The notes: generated by a model not told the origin, from the letters alone. A DNA stretch of 64,000 nt from Botryllus schlosseri (GCA_051294905.1 CM119373.1:3970001-4034000), one strand, 5' to 3'. Counted from the first letter of the stretch, positions 24,445 through 35,389 are shown. Translations and numbers: made by a program.

Positions 24445-26289
24445 ATGCGAAGAATATTGAAAGCATTTAAAAGGAAAAAGTCGTCAGAAGCGAGAAATGA
24501 ACTTAAACAGGGCATTACCCTGCTTAAAGCAACACAAAAACGCCATGAAGACGTTCGGAGACAAGAAAGACAACTTGCTAAAGATGTGGCTGAACAAACG
24601 GAACTATTAAAAGAGGTGAAGACAGCTTTACCCGAAACTATGAAGGGTCTGGAGAAGGCAAAGAAAGAGGTTCGAAAAGCTCAAGCGGACCTCAAAGCTG
24701 TTTGTGATGCCACAACAAAAGTTAGCGGGAAGGTCTTCACCGACGTGCTGAATGACATTCTTACGTCAGAGTTTGAGCTCGGAAAGTCGCATGCACAGGC
24801 TACGCGAGATAGAATCCAACCTCCCGTTTTGACAGTATCTCCAGATGCACCAGAATATGATCCTCCGGCTTACGTTCCTCTCGCCGAGCTGCCGTCTGGT
24901 AACGTAAAACAAGGGCCAACGATGATGGTTCGCAAAGGCTTAGATTGTCATACTGTGACGGCCGTGTACCCTACGTTGCCTAGTTCTGAGCCGACCTCGT
25001 TGTCGGACTCCCGCGTGGGGACGACACCATGTTTTCATGTGGGAAGTGGTGCACGCGCCAATCAGAAAAAGCAAAACCCCGTGGAAATGCCAAGCCTCAT
25101 CAGTCTTGGGGGGAGCGAGTCCCCTGATGCATCGAAACCAGAAAAAAGTCCCTTAGATAAGTATATGGGGTACCGAGGATGGCAGAATCGTCGTAATGAG
25201 GAGAAGGATTCTCGACGACGAGCGGGAAGTGCGGATGGTGAATCTCGACGGGTGACCTTCAGAGAACAGGGTGATACAAGAGAAGATGCGGAAGACTCCG
25301 AGGAAGATGATTTCGATATACAAATGCAAAAATTGGCTCAAGAAATAAAAAAGGTTGAGACGTCTCTTCGACGTTCCGATGATTTGCCGAAGGAAGACGA
25401 ACAGGTATCTCCATCATATTACCCAAATATGCCTCGTTTTACCTCTACTCCCAACGATCGTAGCAGAAGGCCAGGGCAACAGCAGCTGCACCAATATCCC
25501 GGTGTTACGGTCCCAATGCTCAACGTGCCTGTTAAAATCCAATCAGAAAAAGAAATGCTTCAGCTTATGATGGATCCTGGGGACATGCCACTGCTAAAGT
25601 GGATGGAAAATTCGATGCGAAGAATAAGCCACGGTTCCGGGAATACGGATGTGGATGTTATATTGGCTAATGCGCTGCAAAAGAAATTAAGGGCTGCTGG
25701 CAGACACAAGCATGCTACCCAACTGGGAAATTTTTTTAACACCAATTCGGGGGAAGCAGAATGGGAATCGGTGATGCGATCCCTTTCCTTATCCAATCCC
25801 CAGGGTTTAGTAAATGATGAAAAGATCATTGGGGATTTCCGCAGAAATTATCGCTGGGAGGATGAGCCGCTACCCCTGCTCAATAGCGCTTTGAAGCAAC
25901 TGGAAATAGACATGGATAGTAAAATTAAGAAAAATCCGGACGGTTTACGTCTTTTTCGAAATCTACGACAACGTCTACCAGAAGCACTGAGATTGATGCT
26001 ACGAGGTTGGGAAGAGGACAAAAGATGGCGGGACGTTGCGGAGGAACTACAACTCGTCTGGAACTCCGAGTTTCTGGATGAACAAGAGACGCGCCCTAGG
26101 AACCAGGAAACAAAGGAAGAGCGTGACACAAAGTCATCTTTACCACCTGCACACTCGTCCCGAGGTAATAGCCAAGTGACTTGGGCGGAACCTCAATACC
26201 CTGATCATCCACGTCGATATGATGCTTCATATTGGACGGATGATGAACTGAATCAAGGTATTCGACTCTCGATCGCTTGCGGGAGCTGA
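24445..26289 (+). CDS. gag: Gag-like protein (614 aa) of an LTR retroelement
   Basis: Open ORF between the PBS and the protease. Basic and coiled-coil N-terminus, late-domain-like PDAP/PPAY and YPTL, helical capsid-like C-terminal half, no CCHC knuckle. Confidence 0.75.
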   Translation: MRRILKAFKRKKSSEARNELKQGITLLKATQKRHEDVRRQERQLAKDVAEQTELLKEVKTALPETMKGLEKAKKEVRKAQADLKAVCDATTKVSGKVFTDVLNDILTSEFELGKSHAQATRDRIQPPVLTVSPDAPEYDPPAYVPLAELPSGNVKQGPTMMVRKGLDCHTVTAVYPTLPSSEPTSLSDSRVGTTPCFHVGSGARANQKKQNPVEMPSLISLGGSESPDASKPEKSPLDKYMGYRGWQNRRNEEKDSRRRAGSADGESRRVTFREQGDTREDAEDSEEDDFDIQMQKLAQEIKKVETSLRRSDDLPKEDEQVSPSYYPNMPRFTSTPNDRSRRPGQQQLHQYPGVTVPMLNVPVKIQSEKEMLQLMMDPGDMPLLKWMENSMRRISHGSGNTDVDVILANALQKKLRAAGRHKHATQLGNFFNTNSGEAEWESVMRSLSLSNPQGLVNDEKIIGDFRRNYRWEDEPLPLLNSALKQLEIDMDSKIKKNPDGLRLFRNLRQRLPEALRLMLRGWEEDKRWRDVAEELQLVWNSEFLDEQETRPRNQETKEERDTKSSLPPAHSSRGNSQVTWAEPQYPDHPRRYDASYWTDDELNQGIRLSIACGS

Positions 26290-26417
26290 TTGATCCGGTA
26301 AATCAGCTCCCAGATAATTTATTACCCCAAACACACAAAAACTGTACATAACACTTCTTTACCCTTATTTACATTTCTTGATACGCCGGATGACCCATTA
26401 CAGCCCGATTTACGGAA

Positions 26418-26740
26418 TTGTTCGGAGGCCAATTGTTGTATTTGATTGATACAATAACGGGTTCGAAATTCCTAGCTGACACGGGAAGCATCCCCAATTT
26501 GATAATGAAAAAGGTCGTTATTACTAAATACCCACAAAGCTGGGAGGAACGTCAACCAATAGACATGGAATTGACAGGAATAGGTGGCTCGTCCCAAGTT
26601 GATTCCTTGGTAGAGATTAATTTTGATGGTATGTCCGTTCCATTGAACAAGTACAGCAATTACCAAGCATAGTAATTGGGTTGAAAACACCGTCTAATGC
26701 GATTGAAGAGTTGTCTTTAGTAACTCTACATGATGGGATC
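26418..26740 (+). pseudogene. pro: Retropepsin-type aspartic protease, frameshifted near its C-terminus
   Basis: KFLADTGS active site, LTGIGG flap, and IVIGL (ILG-like motif) in an adjacent frame. Confidence 0.85.
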
Positions 26741-26891
26741 TCATGAGATCAACGGGACGGAACCAAAGTCGGAAGCAGTCCTCGCGACACTGTAACCGAT
26801 GATGGGGTTGATGGAAGCTGCAAATCAAATAAGCGTCGAGCCGGCACGCTAGCCGTCGCCGCTGGCCGTTGCCGCTGGCGCAAGTACCGAG

Positions 26892-27527
26892 ATGGTAATC
26901 ACCACTGGTGCGAACGACGAGTTGAAAATAGCAACTAACGTCACACAGAACCCATGGGAAACTATTGGTGTTGAGACAGGAATGCCTGCTAACACCGTTA
27001 ATGAAGACGTCGAGCGTGGAATCCCCGCTGGCGTAAATAATGACCTGCACGAGAAAACTGGTCCCGAAGGCTCTTGCGGATGCACTTGTCCGGATAACTG
27101 TAAAAATCCGGCCCATAGATGCATGGCGACTGCCACAGCTGACATCGAACGAAGAATGTCCGCTGGCGAAAATAAAGACCTGCACGAGAAAACTGGTCCT
27201 AAATGCTTTCGTGGATGCACTTGTCCGAATAACCTTAATGAATCGGCCCATAGATGCATGACGACAGCCACAGTAATGAGTACTTTCCCAAAAGGTTCAA
27301 ACGAAGCAGCGATTGCCGGTCAACCGGATACACACCCGGTCATGTCCGACAAGGAGTCTGGGGATTTTAGGATGCACGTCTCCCCAGAAAAAGGGTCCCC
27401 GGCGGAAAAGGAGTCCGTCGGCGTGACGGTAGGTGCGGGCACGCACCGACATCAGAGGCCTACATCGAAGGACCTCGCCCTCTCTCCACCAACAACAGAA
27501 CCCCGTTCATCACGAGATTCCCATTAG
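26892..27527 (+). CDS. Unknown 211-aa ORF downstream of the protease with a duplicated Cys/His module
   Basis: DLHEKTGP..(C)GCTCP.N....AHRCM occurs twice as a 132-bp repeat. No RT motifs. Confidence 0.4.
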   Translation: MVITTGANDELKIATNVTQNPWETIGVETGMPANTVNEDVERGIPAGVNNDLHEKTGPEGSCGCTCPDNCKNPAHRCMATATADIERRMSAGENKDLHEKTGPKCFRGCTCPNNLNESAHRCMTTATVMSTFPKGSNEAAIAGQPDTHPVMSDKESGDFRMHVSPEKGSPAEKESVGVTVGAGTHRHQRPTSKDLALSPPTTEPRSSRDSH

Positions 27528-30088
27528 CCAATGGCTGGCCAAGTTACCGCAACAAGGGACCAGTCCAAGCGTTAAGACGGAACTCAAGAGTCTCATCATC
27601 GCCATGATCTTTGTAATGACTCAGTGGATGGATATCATCCCTGGGAAGGAATTTGCGGCGTCATTAGAAAGAAAATGGGGATGCAAATGAGAATTGAAGA
27701 AATCACGTACGTCATGAAAAGGTGCGACAGAGCAATAGTCTCGAAAAATGGATTGGCGGCCGCCCATGGACATACAAAGGGGACGCCTCCTCAATACTGT
27801 AAATATGAAGGTAACGAGATATTGTACCCACATGACGACTGAAAACAATGCAAGACAGATAATGTCAGCAGGCATTGAACGAATGAACAGGAGATTCGTT
27901 CATTTGAGCAAAACGATAACGAAGAGAAGCAAAACAAGGAATGTGGTAATTTGTATGAAAGCAGCCGATATAAGGAATAAAGGGCTCGTGCTGCTGCAAT
28001 CAAACGTACAAGAAATGGTGTTGTGCGAAGGCCCTATACCACCCACGATCATACAAAAGATGTAAAGCTGCTTTTGGCAGAGTGTAAATATGTGATATAA
28101 TAAGGGTGAACGGACAAAAATCCCTTTAATGGGAGCAAACGGACAAAACTGAAACGTCGTAACTAGAAAAAATGCGGAGTCAGCATTTTTCTATCTCGTG
28201 CGGAAAAACGAGAGAACAAGAAGAAAAAAGAATAAGTGATAGAATAAACAAGGAGATTGAATTAAATGATCATGGGGAAACATGATAGATGACGTCAATC
28301 ATTCACACGAGTGAAGCGGGCATATAGTTCACTAGTTCCAACTTTTCCACTGAGTAAGCCTTGAAACCTTGATTGGCCGTGTCGCAACATACGAGATATA
28401 GTACAAAGCTACGAACGTTGCTGGAAATAACACATTTCCGAAGTCATGACCATCCCATATAACACTGTCAAGCAGTGCAATGAAAACGGTATGGTCGAAA
28501 AAAGTATCTTTAACGTGACGGACAATAGGCGTTATGTTCTTTATGGTAGCATAAAAGGTAGCCTACACATTTGAATTTTGGCATGGTACATTGTGTTGTG
28601 ATGTCATCATGATGATAATCGACTCGATGTGTAATAATTGATTCAGAATCGAATCACCCAGGTACTCAATTTTGCCCAGCCCTAGTGCATAGTAATATTT
28701 CTATATTTGTCATGGCGGAATGTCAGCCAGTTTTTGCGTAGCATACCACTGCAAAAAGGTCAGACAAATTTGGTCTTGAATCATTATGTCAGAAAAAGAA
28801 GTCTGAAAGACCAATTGTTCTTGCCAAGTAGGCTACTTTCTGTCTCAAAAGTAAGACCCAAATTGATGGAAAATAGACTTAAACACTGAGCAATCAACAC
28901 AATGTCTTGGTCTCGAGTCATAAAACCATGACTCGAACTCGACGCTCTGCTCGAAGAGTTGAACTCGGATTTGACTCGGTGATAAATTGAAAATGACTCG
29001 ACTTGAATCTAGTCAAAACTATTGAAGTGGGATCGACTTGTGACTTGGTTACAACCCTGCTCACTTGACTGAAATTGCTGAAAATGAGACCAAATTTGTA
29101 TATTTTTTGTAGTGTAGTCAGACATGTACATCAACCTACTTATTTAGTTACTAAAACTATGTAGTTCTAGTTGTGGATTTGAAAAAGTGAATAGTTTCTG
29201 GTTCTAGTTGCGGATATTTTAAAGTGAGTAGTTCTAGATAGCAGATTTTGAAAAGTTCAGGGCCGGCCAACTCGTGGCCCGCGAGTTAATTTCCGAAATT
29301 AGTAGTATTATCAAAAATGGATTGCACAGATTGTGAACTTGCAAGGCCAATCAAAAATTTGATTAGTCTGACCACAGCACTTGAGATGTGATGACTGAAA
29401 TATCAGTTCCGACGCATTGGTAGGTCTATGAGCCAGTCACATTTTGGTAGATCTTCATACACTACAATAAAGCAGAATACTTTGCGATAGATTAATCAAA
29501 AGATTAATCAATTTTCTACACACTTAGCGCAACATCTTGTCACTCGATTTCTTGCTTTTAATATTGTTACCCCTTTGTGAAAATGAAAGAACGCCTAATC
29601 TATCAGATTGAGTCTAACTATATATATATTTGCGACCTCCCGTTTGTGCTCGCAGAAAGACCGTCGACTATGAAACCTAGGCACAAAATGATTGCCTCAT
29701 GTTGGACGAAGCTTTCGATATCGATATGTCCAGGTGCCGAATAGTGCAAACTGAGCCCAGAATATATATACAGAATATACAGCAGGCTTGCAATATAGTC
29801 AAGTGACAATATTATTAATTTATCAACTTCAAAAAATTTTCGTGCTTCGCGCGGCTAGTGGCCGGCAGAATAGTTCGTCAATCGAATGTGGTGATTTGGC
29901 TGAAAAGGTTGGCCACCGCTGTTCTAGTTGCTAGTTTAAAAAATTGAGTAGTTCTAGTTGAAGTTGCGCATTTTGAAATTCCAGTACTTTGTACAAGTCT
30001 GAGTGTTGTGGGTGGATAAAAAATTACCACAGCAACATTTGTACCAAACATGCATTTGCTGCATTCAATTTTTTTCAGGATGACTTCA

Positions 30089-30174
30089 TGATTGGGAGCC
30101 ATAGGGTTCCGTACTAGCCTACATAACTGATTGATTGGGAGCCATAGGGTTCCGTACTAGCCTACATAACTGAT
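30089..30174. repeat. Tandem duplication of about 43 bp
   Basis: tgattgggagccatagggttccgtactagcctacataactga occurs twice. Confidence 0.9.
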
Positions 30175-31469
30175 GACGCAGCCTATCCCTTTCAGCCCCG
30201 GCTGTTGGCGGAGTCTTTTCCCTGAAACACAAACAGAGCATAAGCTAAAGCTAATTTCAAATATGTAATATAAATTTCCTTTCTGCTGCCCTTAAAATTC
30301 ACAATTGCTTTTTCAGAAACTTGGCAAAGCACACATGAAGGTTGAAAGATTTTGGTCGACTGAAGGCGTGGTGTTCAGCTTTTCTCATAAACTGCAATCC
30401 GCCAAGGCCAGAATGATACAGAGGATGGTATACGCAATGAAGACAAGACCTGGTGGTGATCCAAGTATCGCTGGCCCAGACGTCGGAAATGCCCTGTGTG
30501 ACTTTCTCAATAAACAATGCTCTTGCTTAACCAGATGTGTTTGTGCTGTTTCATTTTATTCATGAGAGAAACTATAACTTAATGCACACTTGCACAGTTC
30601 CGCCTTTTCACCTTTTTCATCAGTATCCTCCATCTAGACCTGCGAAAAGATCAAATTAAGTTACACTTGCCTAACCTTGTATAACAAAGGAATGACTTGG
30701 TTGTAACAAGAAAATGAAGGCATAGGTGAAAACCAAATTATGGCTTGGATGATGTACGATGGCTTACAAGCCCGTTGGTACAATTTGAATTTTTGGTTAG
30801 TGAGTCAGAGCTAAGGACATCATTCTCTGCTGTGCTGCCACTATCAAAGCAGATGTTACTAAATCCCCTTTTCAGTAGGCGTATATGACGGTGACTAACC
30901 TACACACAGCATATGCGTGGTTAGAAACTTGCCTTTGATGTAGCAAATTTAGTAAGGGTTAAGATCACCTGTCAAATTAGTGTTGAAGTGCTAACGTTTT
31001 CAGGCAACTCACCCAATGCTGCATCATTTGGAGATGGTGTTCTATCTTTTTAGCCATGCTCTGTTTACAAAACCACAGAAAAAAGAAGCTGACTAGTAGT
31101 CAGTGACTGCGTATTGTGAGCATACAGAATATAAATCCAAGAATAATGCATTACCAAGAAGATCAAAGTGCCGCAGGTATCTGACCTCGAAATACAAGCA
31201 GCCTGAATGAACAGCGCGTTACGGTAACTAAAAGTTTGATTGACAGCGTTTCGGGAACCCAGCTGCGCCATTCGTGTTCACTGTTCATACTCAGTCGGTC
31301 CCGTAAAAATCTCCGAAAATAAGCGCGTTCATACCGCCCCGAATCACCAGTGTTATGTTCACATAGAGGGGTTCCGGTAAACATTTTCGAGAAATGTTAT
31401 TCCCGGAACCCCGGTATGAAAAGGGCCTTATTTTTACCGCTATGCTGGCCTCGGCTGCCATTGTATACA

Positions 31470-32040
31470 ATTTTTAGATTACTAACCAACGGATGGATTC
31501 GCAATACGTGACTCACGATTGAATACGCCGAGCAGCGAACTGCTGAGCCGGCTAAAAGCAGCAGAATTGATAGTCCCATAGCTGTCGATCCAAGCGTCGA
31601 AATTTGATATGTATGGTCCTAATCGAAAGCTAGTGTCGCACTGATTCCGCAATAAAAGTATATTTCCAGGCAATGGTACCATCCCAAAATAGTCGTGAAA
31701 GTCTGAGAATCGGCATTGTTCTGAACAATCGTTGGGCGTAATTGGTAATTGTTGTGGCCATGCTGATGCAGCGCTCTCACTTTTCAGAACAGTCGGCCTT
31801 AAACGGCTATTTTGGAGCAGTTACATTGCCCTGACGAGATTTTTTTTTGTATTTTCGGAATTAGTACATCAATAGCTTACGATAGAGACCAGATGCATCA
31901 AATTTGGACGCATGGATCGCCAGCTCTAGGACTACAAAGTTTGCTGCTTTTAGCCGGCTCTGCAGTACGTTTGTCGGTTCATTCATCCGTGACTCACATC
32001 TTGCGCATCTATCCGCGGGTTGGCAATCTACAATACGATT
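31470..32040. mobile_element. MITE with long imperfect TIRs
   Basis: 31490-31640 is inversely repeated at 31870-32030 (gagccggctaaaagcagca / tgctgcttttagccggctc). Confidence 0.7.
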
Positions 32041-32431
32041 TCAGATCACGATACTGCATCGTTACTTCGTCTGGCTAACTAACCAGACCACTGGATATTA
32101 TATAACGTCTTATCTGACAAAGCACGGTTTTGTTTTACTCCTCATCCTAATTCCTACGTCCCTCGATAAAATTATTATTATTTCTTTAATTATATATACT
32201 ATATACGCAAATCCAACACGTGCATATATTATAATACTTTTTCAACGACATACTGCACCCTATCCTTAATCCTAGCCCATAGGAAATTAGGTAAATAACA
32301 TTTTACACTTCCAATTACGTGAGCCATAATTACGAGCATACAAAACACGCTTATATTACGTCACAATGACATCTTATATAGCATACTATGTACATTGTAA
32401 CGCGAAACAATAACTTCATATTGTTAATTTA

Positions 32432-32471
32432 TTCGCTAAAAGCTTTTCGACTAACTCTCATCAGTAGCGAA
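32432..32471 (-). ncRNA. Minimal type I hammerhead ribozyme (inverted copy)
   Basis: Exact reverse complement of 34586-34625. Confidence 0.8.
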
Positions 32472-32644
32472 CGTTAGTGATGGGGTGAATCAAATTCGAA
32501 ATGTAAGAACTATTTTGTCTGTATGACGTAATAATAACAAAAACAAACAACTAGTAGACGGGCTAGATACGGTAGTAACGGTACAAAACAAACGTTAACG
32601 AGTACATATTCGGTTATAAATAACCGAAAACACAACACATAACA

Positions 32645-33493
32645 TTAATGAAGTATTCCAAGAGTGTAGAGGCGTTCCTTCTGGCGACAGAGAATCGGCT
32701 TTCGTAGCTTTATGATCGTAGATTCCAGTACCTTTAAATGAAACAGAGAACGGCCACGAGCAAGTATAGAAAATTGACTGTCATTGTAATGATCAGCACA
32801 TTCTGGATGGGATAAGAGATGCTGTCCAATAGCCGAATTACAAGCAGTAACTTGATCATAATCACGCAGTGTGTCAACAGACTGCGATGAAGGAGTTGGA
32901 GAAACATTATTTATTCTAATTTGCCGTGGGACATGCTGGCGAATTCTTTGCTGCAAGCGCTGAGACGTGCGACCTACATACCGACTGTCACATCGGCACG
33001 TGTATTCATATATTATGTTGCTTTGATTTGTCGCAGGTAGCACATCCTTTTGCGTTGCAGGCATCAGAGATTTCGTCATGAAGATTATCTGAGGTTCTAC
33101 TTGTGAAAAACAATGGCTCACTGACGATTTAATTTGTTTTTCAAACCTGTTGGACACTTTCCCAATCCAAGGAAGATGCAAATAAACAGGACATTTTCTA
33201 GGTCCAAACGGTTTAACTTTTCTGAAATCTTTGAGTTTACGATCTATGGTCATTTTAATGATATGATCAGGATAACCATTTGACTGGAAGATTGACCGAA
33301 TGTTCTCCAATTCAGAATCAAGTTTGACTTTACTACAAATCATCAGAGCCCTGTGTACCAGAGTTCTTATCAAATTTACTTTACGTTTTACTGGACAGAA
33401 AGAATCCCACGAAATGTATTGCCCACTGAATGTAGGCTTACGGTAAACTGATGTAACAAAATTAGCACCCGTCTTTTCCACTACAACATCAAG
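32645..33493 (-). CDS. PLE RT thumb plus GIY-YIG endonuclease, truncated inverted copy
   Basis: VYRKPT, NGYP, IIYEYTCRC..YVGRT..L..R..QH and SAIGQH. Confidence 0.9.
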   Translation of the reverse strand, partial: LDVVVEKTGANFVTSVYRKPTFSGQYISWDSFCPVKRKVNLIRTLVHRALMICSKVKLDSELENIRSIFQSNGYPDHIIKMTIDRKLKDFRKVKPFGPRKCPVYLHLPWIGKVSNRFEKQIKSSVSHCFSQVEPQIIFMTKSLMPATQKDVLPATNQSNIIYEYTCRCDSRYVGRTSQRLQQRIRQHVPRQIRINNVSPTPSSQSVDTLRDYDQVTACNSAIGQHLLSHPECADHYNDSQFSILARGRSLFHLKVLESTIIKLRKPILCRQKERLYTLGILH

Positions 33494-33497
33494 CAAA

Positions 33498-34412
33498 TTG
33501 AATGGTCTTCACCCATCACTGAAATTCACCATGGAAAAAGAGGTCAATAATTCATTAGCATTCCTTGATGTTGTAGTGGAAAAGACGGGTGCTAATTTTG
33601 TTACATCAGTTTACCGTAAGCCTACATTCAGTGGGCAATACATTTCGTGGGATTCTTTCTGTCCAGTAAAACGTAAAGTAAATTTGATAAGAACTCTGGT
33701 ACACAGGGCTCTGATGATTTGTAGTAAAGTCAAACTTGATTCTGAATTGGAGAACATTCGGTCAATCTTCCAGTCAAATGGTTATCCTGATCATATCATT
33801 AAAATGACCATAGATCGTAAACTCAAAGATTTCAGAAAAGTTAAACCGTTTGGACCTAGAAAATGTCCTGTTTATTTGCATCTTCCTTGGATTGGGAAAG
33901 TGTCCAACAGGTTTGAAAAACAAATTAAATCGTCAGTGAGCCATTGTTTTTCACAAGTAGAACCTCAGATAATCTTCATGACGAAATCTCTGATGCCTGC
34001 AACGCAAAAGGATGTGCTACCTGCGACAAATCAAAGCAACATAATATATGAATACACGTGCCGATGTGACAGTCGGTATGTAGGTCGCACGTCTCAGCGC
34101 TTGCAGCAAAGAATTCGCCAGCATGTCCCACGGCAAATTAGAATAAATAATGTTTCTCCAACTCCTTCATCGCAGTCTGTTGACACACTGCGTGATTATG
34201 ATCAAGTTACTGCTTGTAATTCGGCTATTGGACAGCATCTCTTATCCCATCCAGAATGTGCTGATCATTACAATGACAGTCAATTTTCTATACTTGCTCG
34301 TGGCCGTTCTCTGTTTCATTTAAAGGTACTGGAATCTACGATCATAAAGCTACGAAAGCCGATTCTCTGTCGCCAGAAGGAACGCCTCTACACTCTTGGA
34401 ATATTTCATTAA
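33498..34412 (+). CDS. PLE RT C-terminus plus GIY-YIG endonuclease, 5'-truncated
   Basis: LNGLHPSLKFTMEKE..SLAFLDV..VYRKPT followed by the GIY-YIG domain; ORF intact to its stop. Confidence 0.93.
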   Translation: MNGLHPSLKFTMEKEVNNSLAFLDVVVEKTGANFVTSVYRKPTFSGQYISWDSFCPVKRKVNLIRTLVHRALMICSKVKLDSELENIRSIFQSNGYPDHIIKMTIDRKLKDFRKVKPFGPRKCPVYLHLPWIGKVSNRFEKQIKSSVSHCFSQVEPQIIFMTKSLMPATQKDVLPATNQSNIIYEYTCRCDSRYVGRTSQRLQQRIRQHVPRQIRINNVSPTPSSQSVDTLRDYDQVTACNSAIGQHLLSHPECADHYNDSQFSILARGRSLFHLKVLESTIIKLRKPILCRQKERLYTLGIFH

Positions 34413-34585
34413 TGTTATGTGTTGTGTTTTCGGTTATTTATAACCGAATATGTACTCGTTAACGTTTGTTTTGTACCGTTACTACCGTATCTAGCCCGTC
34501 TACTAGTTGTTTGTTTTTGTTATTATTACGTCATACAGACAAAATAGTTCTTACATTTCGAATTTGATTCACCCCATCACTAACG

Positions 34586-34625
34586 TTCGCTACTGATGAG
34601 AGTTAGTCGAAAAGCTTTTAGCGAA
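34586..34625 (+). ncRNA. Minimal type I hammerhead ribozyme in the PLE 3' region
   Basis: Stem I ttcgcta/tagcgaa, core CTGATGA, tiny stem II ga-gttag-tc, GAA, palindromic stem III aagctt, cleavage triplet UUU. Confidence 0.8.
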
Positions 34626-35324
34626 TAAATTAACAATATGAAGTTATTGTTTCGCGTTATTCTGAAGTTCTGTACCACAAATCACTTGTATGTACATTGT
34701 ACGCACATAAACGCATTTATTACTACACAATCTGAACTAGACTTGAATTGTTGTTAAATACGACGCTACGGTTGTCAAGGAGCACGGTTGAATTTATGAT
34801 TATTCAATTACATGTTCAACAGCAGCAATTGTAATTGTAATTGTAATGTAATTGAAGCATGCAAGGAGTAATTGTAATTGTAATTGTAATTTGATATTTT
34901 TAGCATGGAGTAATTGTAATTGTAATGTAATTGAAACATGCATGAAAGTAATTGTAATTGTAATTGTAATTGAACTGAAATAATGTAATTAATCCAACTC
35001 TGGTGAGCAGTAGCGATAACAAAGTCGTCACAGCCAAGAGTAAAGAATTTGGAAATCTCCAGTGACCATGCCACAGCGCCGGCTTCACCTTCAATCGGAG
35101 CGTATCGTCGTTCTGAATCACGTAAGAATCGGGAGCCTGCTAGAGTAATTTGCCAGCCATTGGGGAAGCAATCAGGCGTCGTAGACTCACATTCACAGTA
35201 TTTTTCACGCAGCCAGATACCCGTATTCGACCAGTCGTGATGCAAACAAGTTCTTCGCCTCTGGTCAAATATGCGCACCCAATTTTGTATTGCCCGAATA
35301 ATTTCAGCGTTTGACACTGCGAAC

Positions 35325-35356
35325 CAATGATATATATACATGTATATATATCATTG
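35325..35356. mobile_element. 32-bp perfect palindrome flanked by an 8-bp TSD
   Basis: ctgcgaac-caatgatatatatacatgtatatatatcattg-ctgcgaac; absent from the paralogous site near 60640. Confidence 0.8.
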
Positions 35357-35389
35357 CTGCGAACGCTTCATCGAGTTCATTGGTCTACG

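Larger units (their letters stand above)
16054..28684. mobile_element. Probable hAT element (TAGGGCT, gattcga/tcgagta repeats) enclosing the retrovirus-like region
   Basis: Ends tagggctagcc and gcccagcccta. The right end is homologous to 55012-55190. Flanks gtgc(ct)atag and gtgcatag are an imperfect TSD. Confidence 0.5.
15213..31427. mobile_element. PIF/Harbinger-type element, itself carrying nested insertions
   Basis: 17-bp perfect TIR ggcccttttcataccgg/ccggtatgaaaagggcc, TTA on both flanks, matching subterminal cgcgttcatac motifs. Confidence 0.85.
32398..34688. mobile_element. Young 5'-truncated Penelope-like element with inverted duplication
   Basis: Arms 32398-33493 and 33564-34659 are near-identical inverted repeats. 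TSD tatgtacattg(ta) at 32387 and 34689. Confidence 0.95.
14913..35002 (+). mobile_element. hAT-Ac-derived (AATTGT)n-rich element inflated to about 20 kb by nested insertions
   Basis: Left end cagagttggatcaatt, right end aattaatccaactctg, perfect TSD gtgagcag at 14905-14912 and 35003-35010. The flanks rejoin into the continuous Gypsy sequence seen near 60390. Confidence 0.9.

Noticed and set aside
34808..35121. ORFs with LQLQLQ and NYNYNY runs, and most other 60-130 aa ORFs in the track
   Set aside because: They are translations of (AATTGT)n subterminal repeats, antisense frames of TE genes or chance ORFs.
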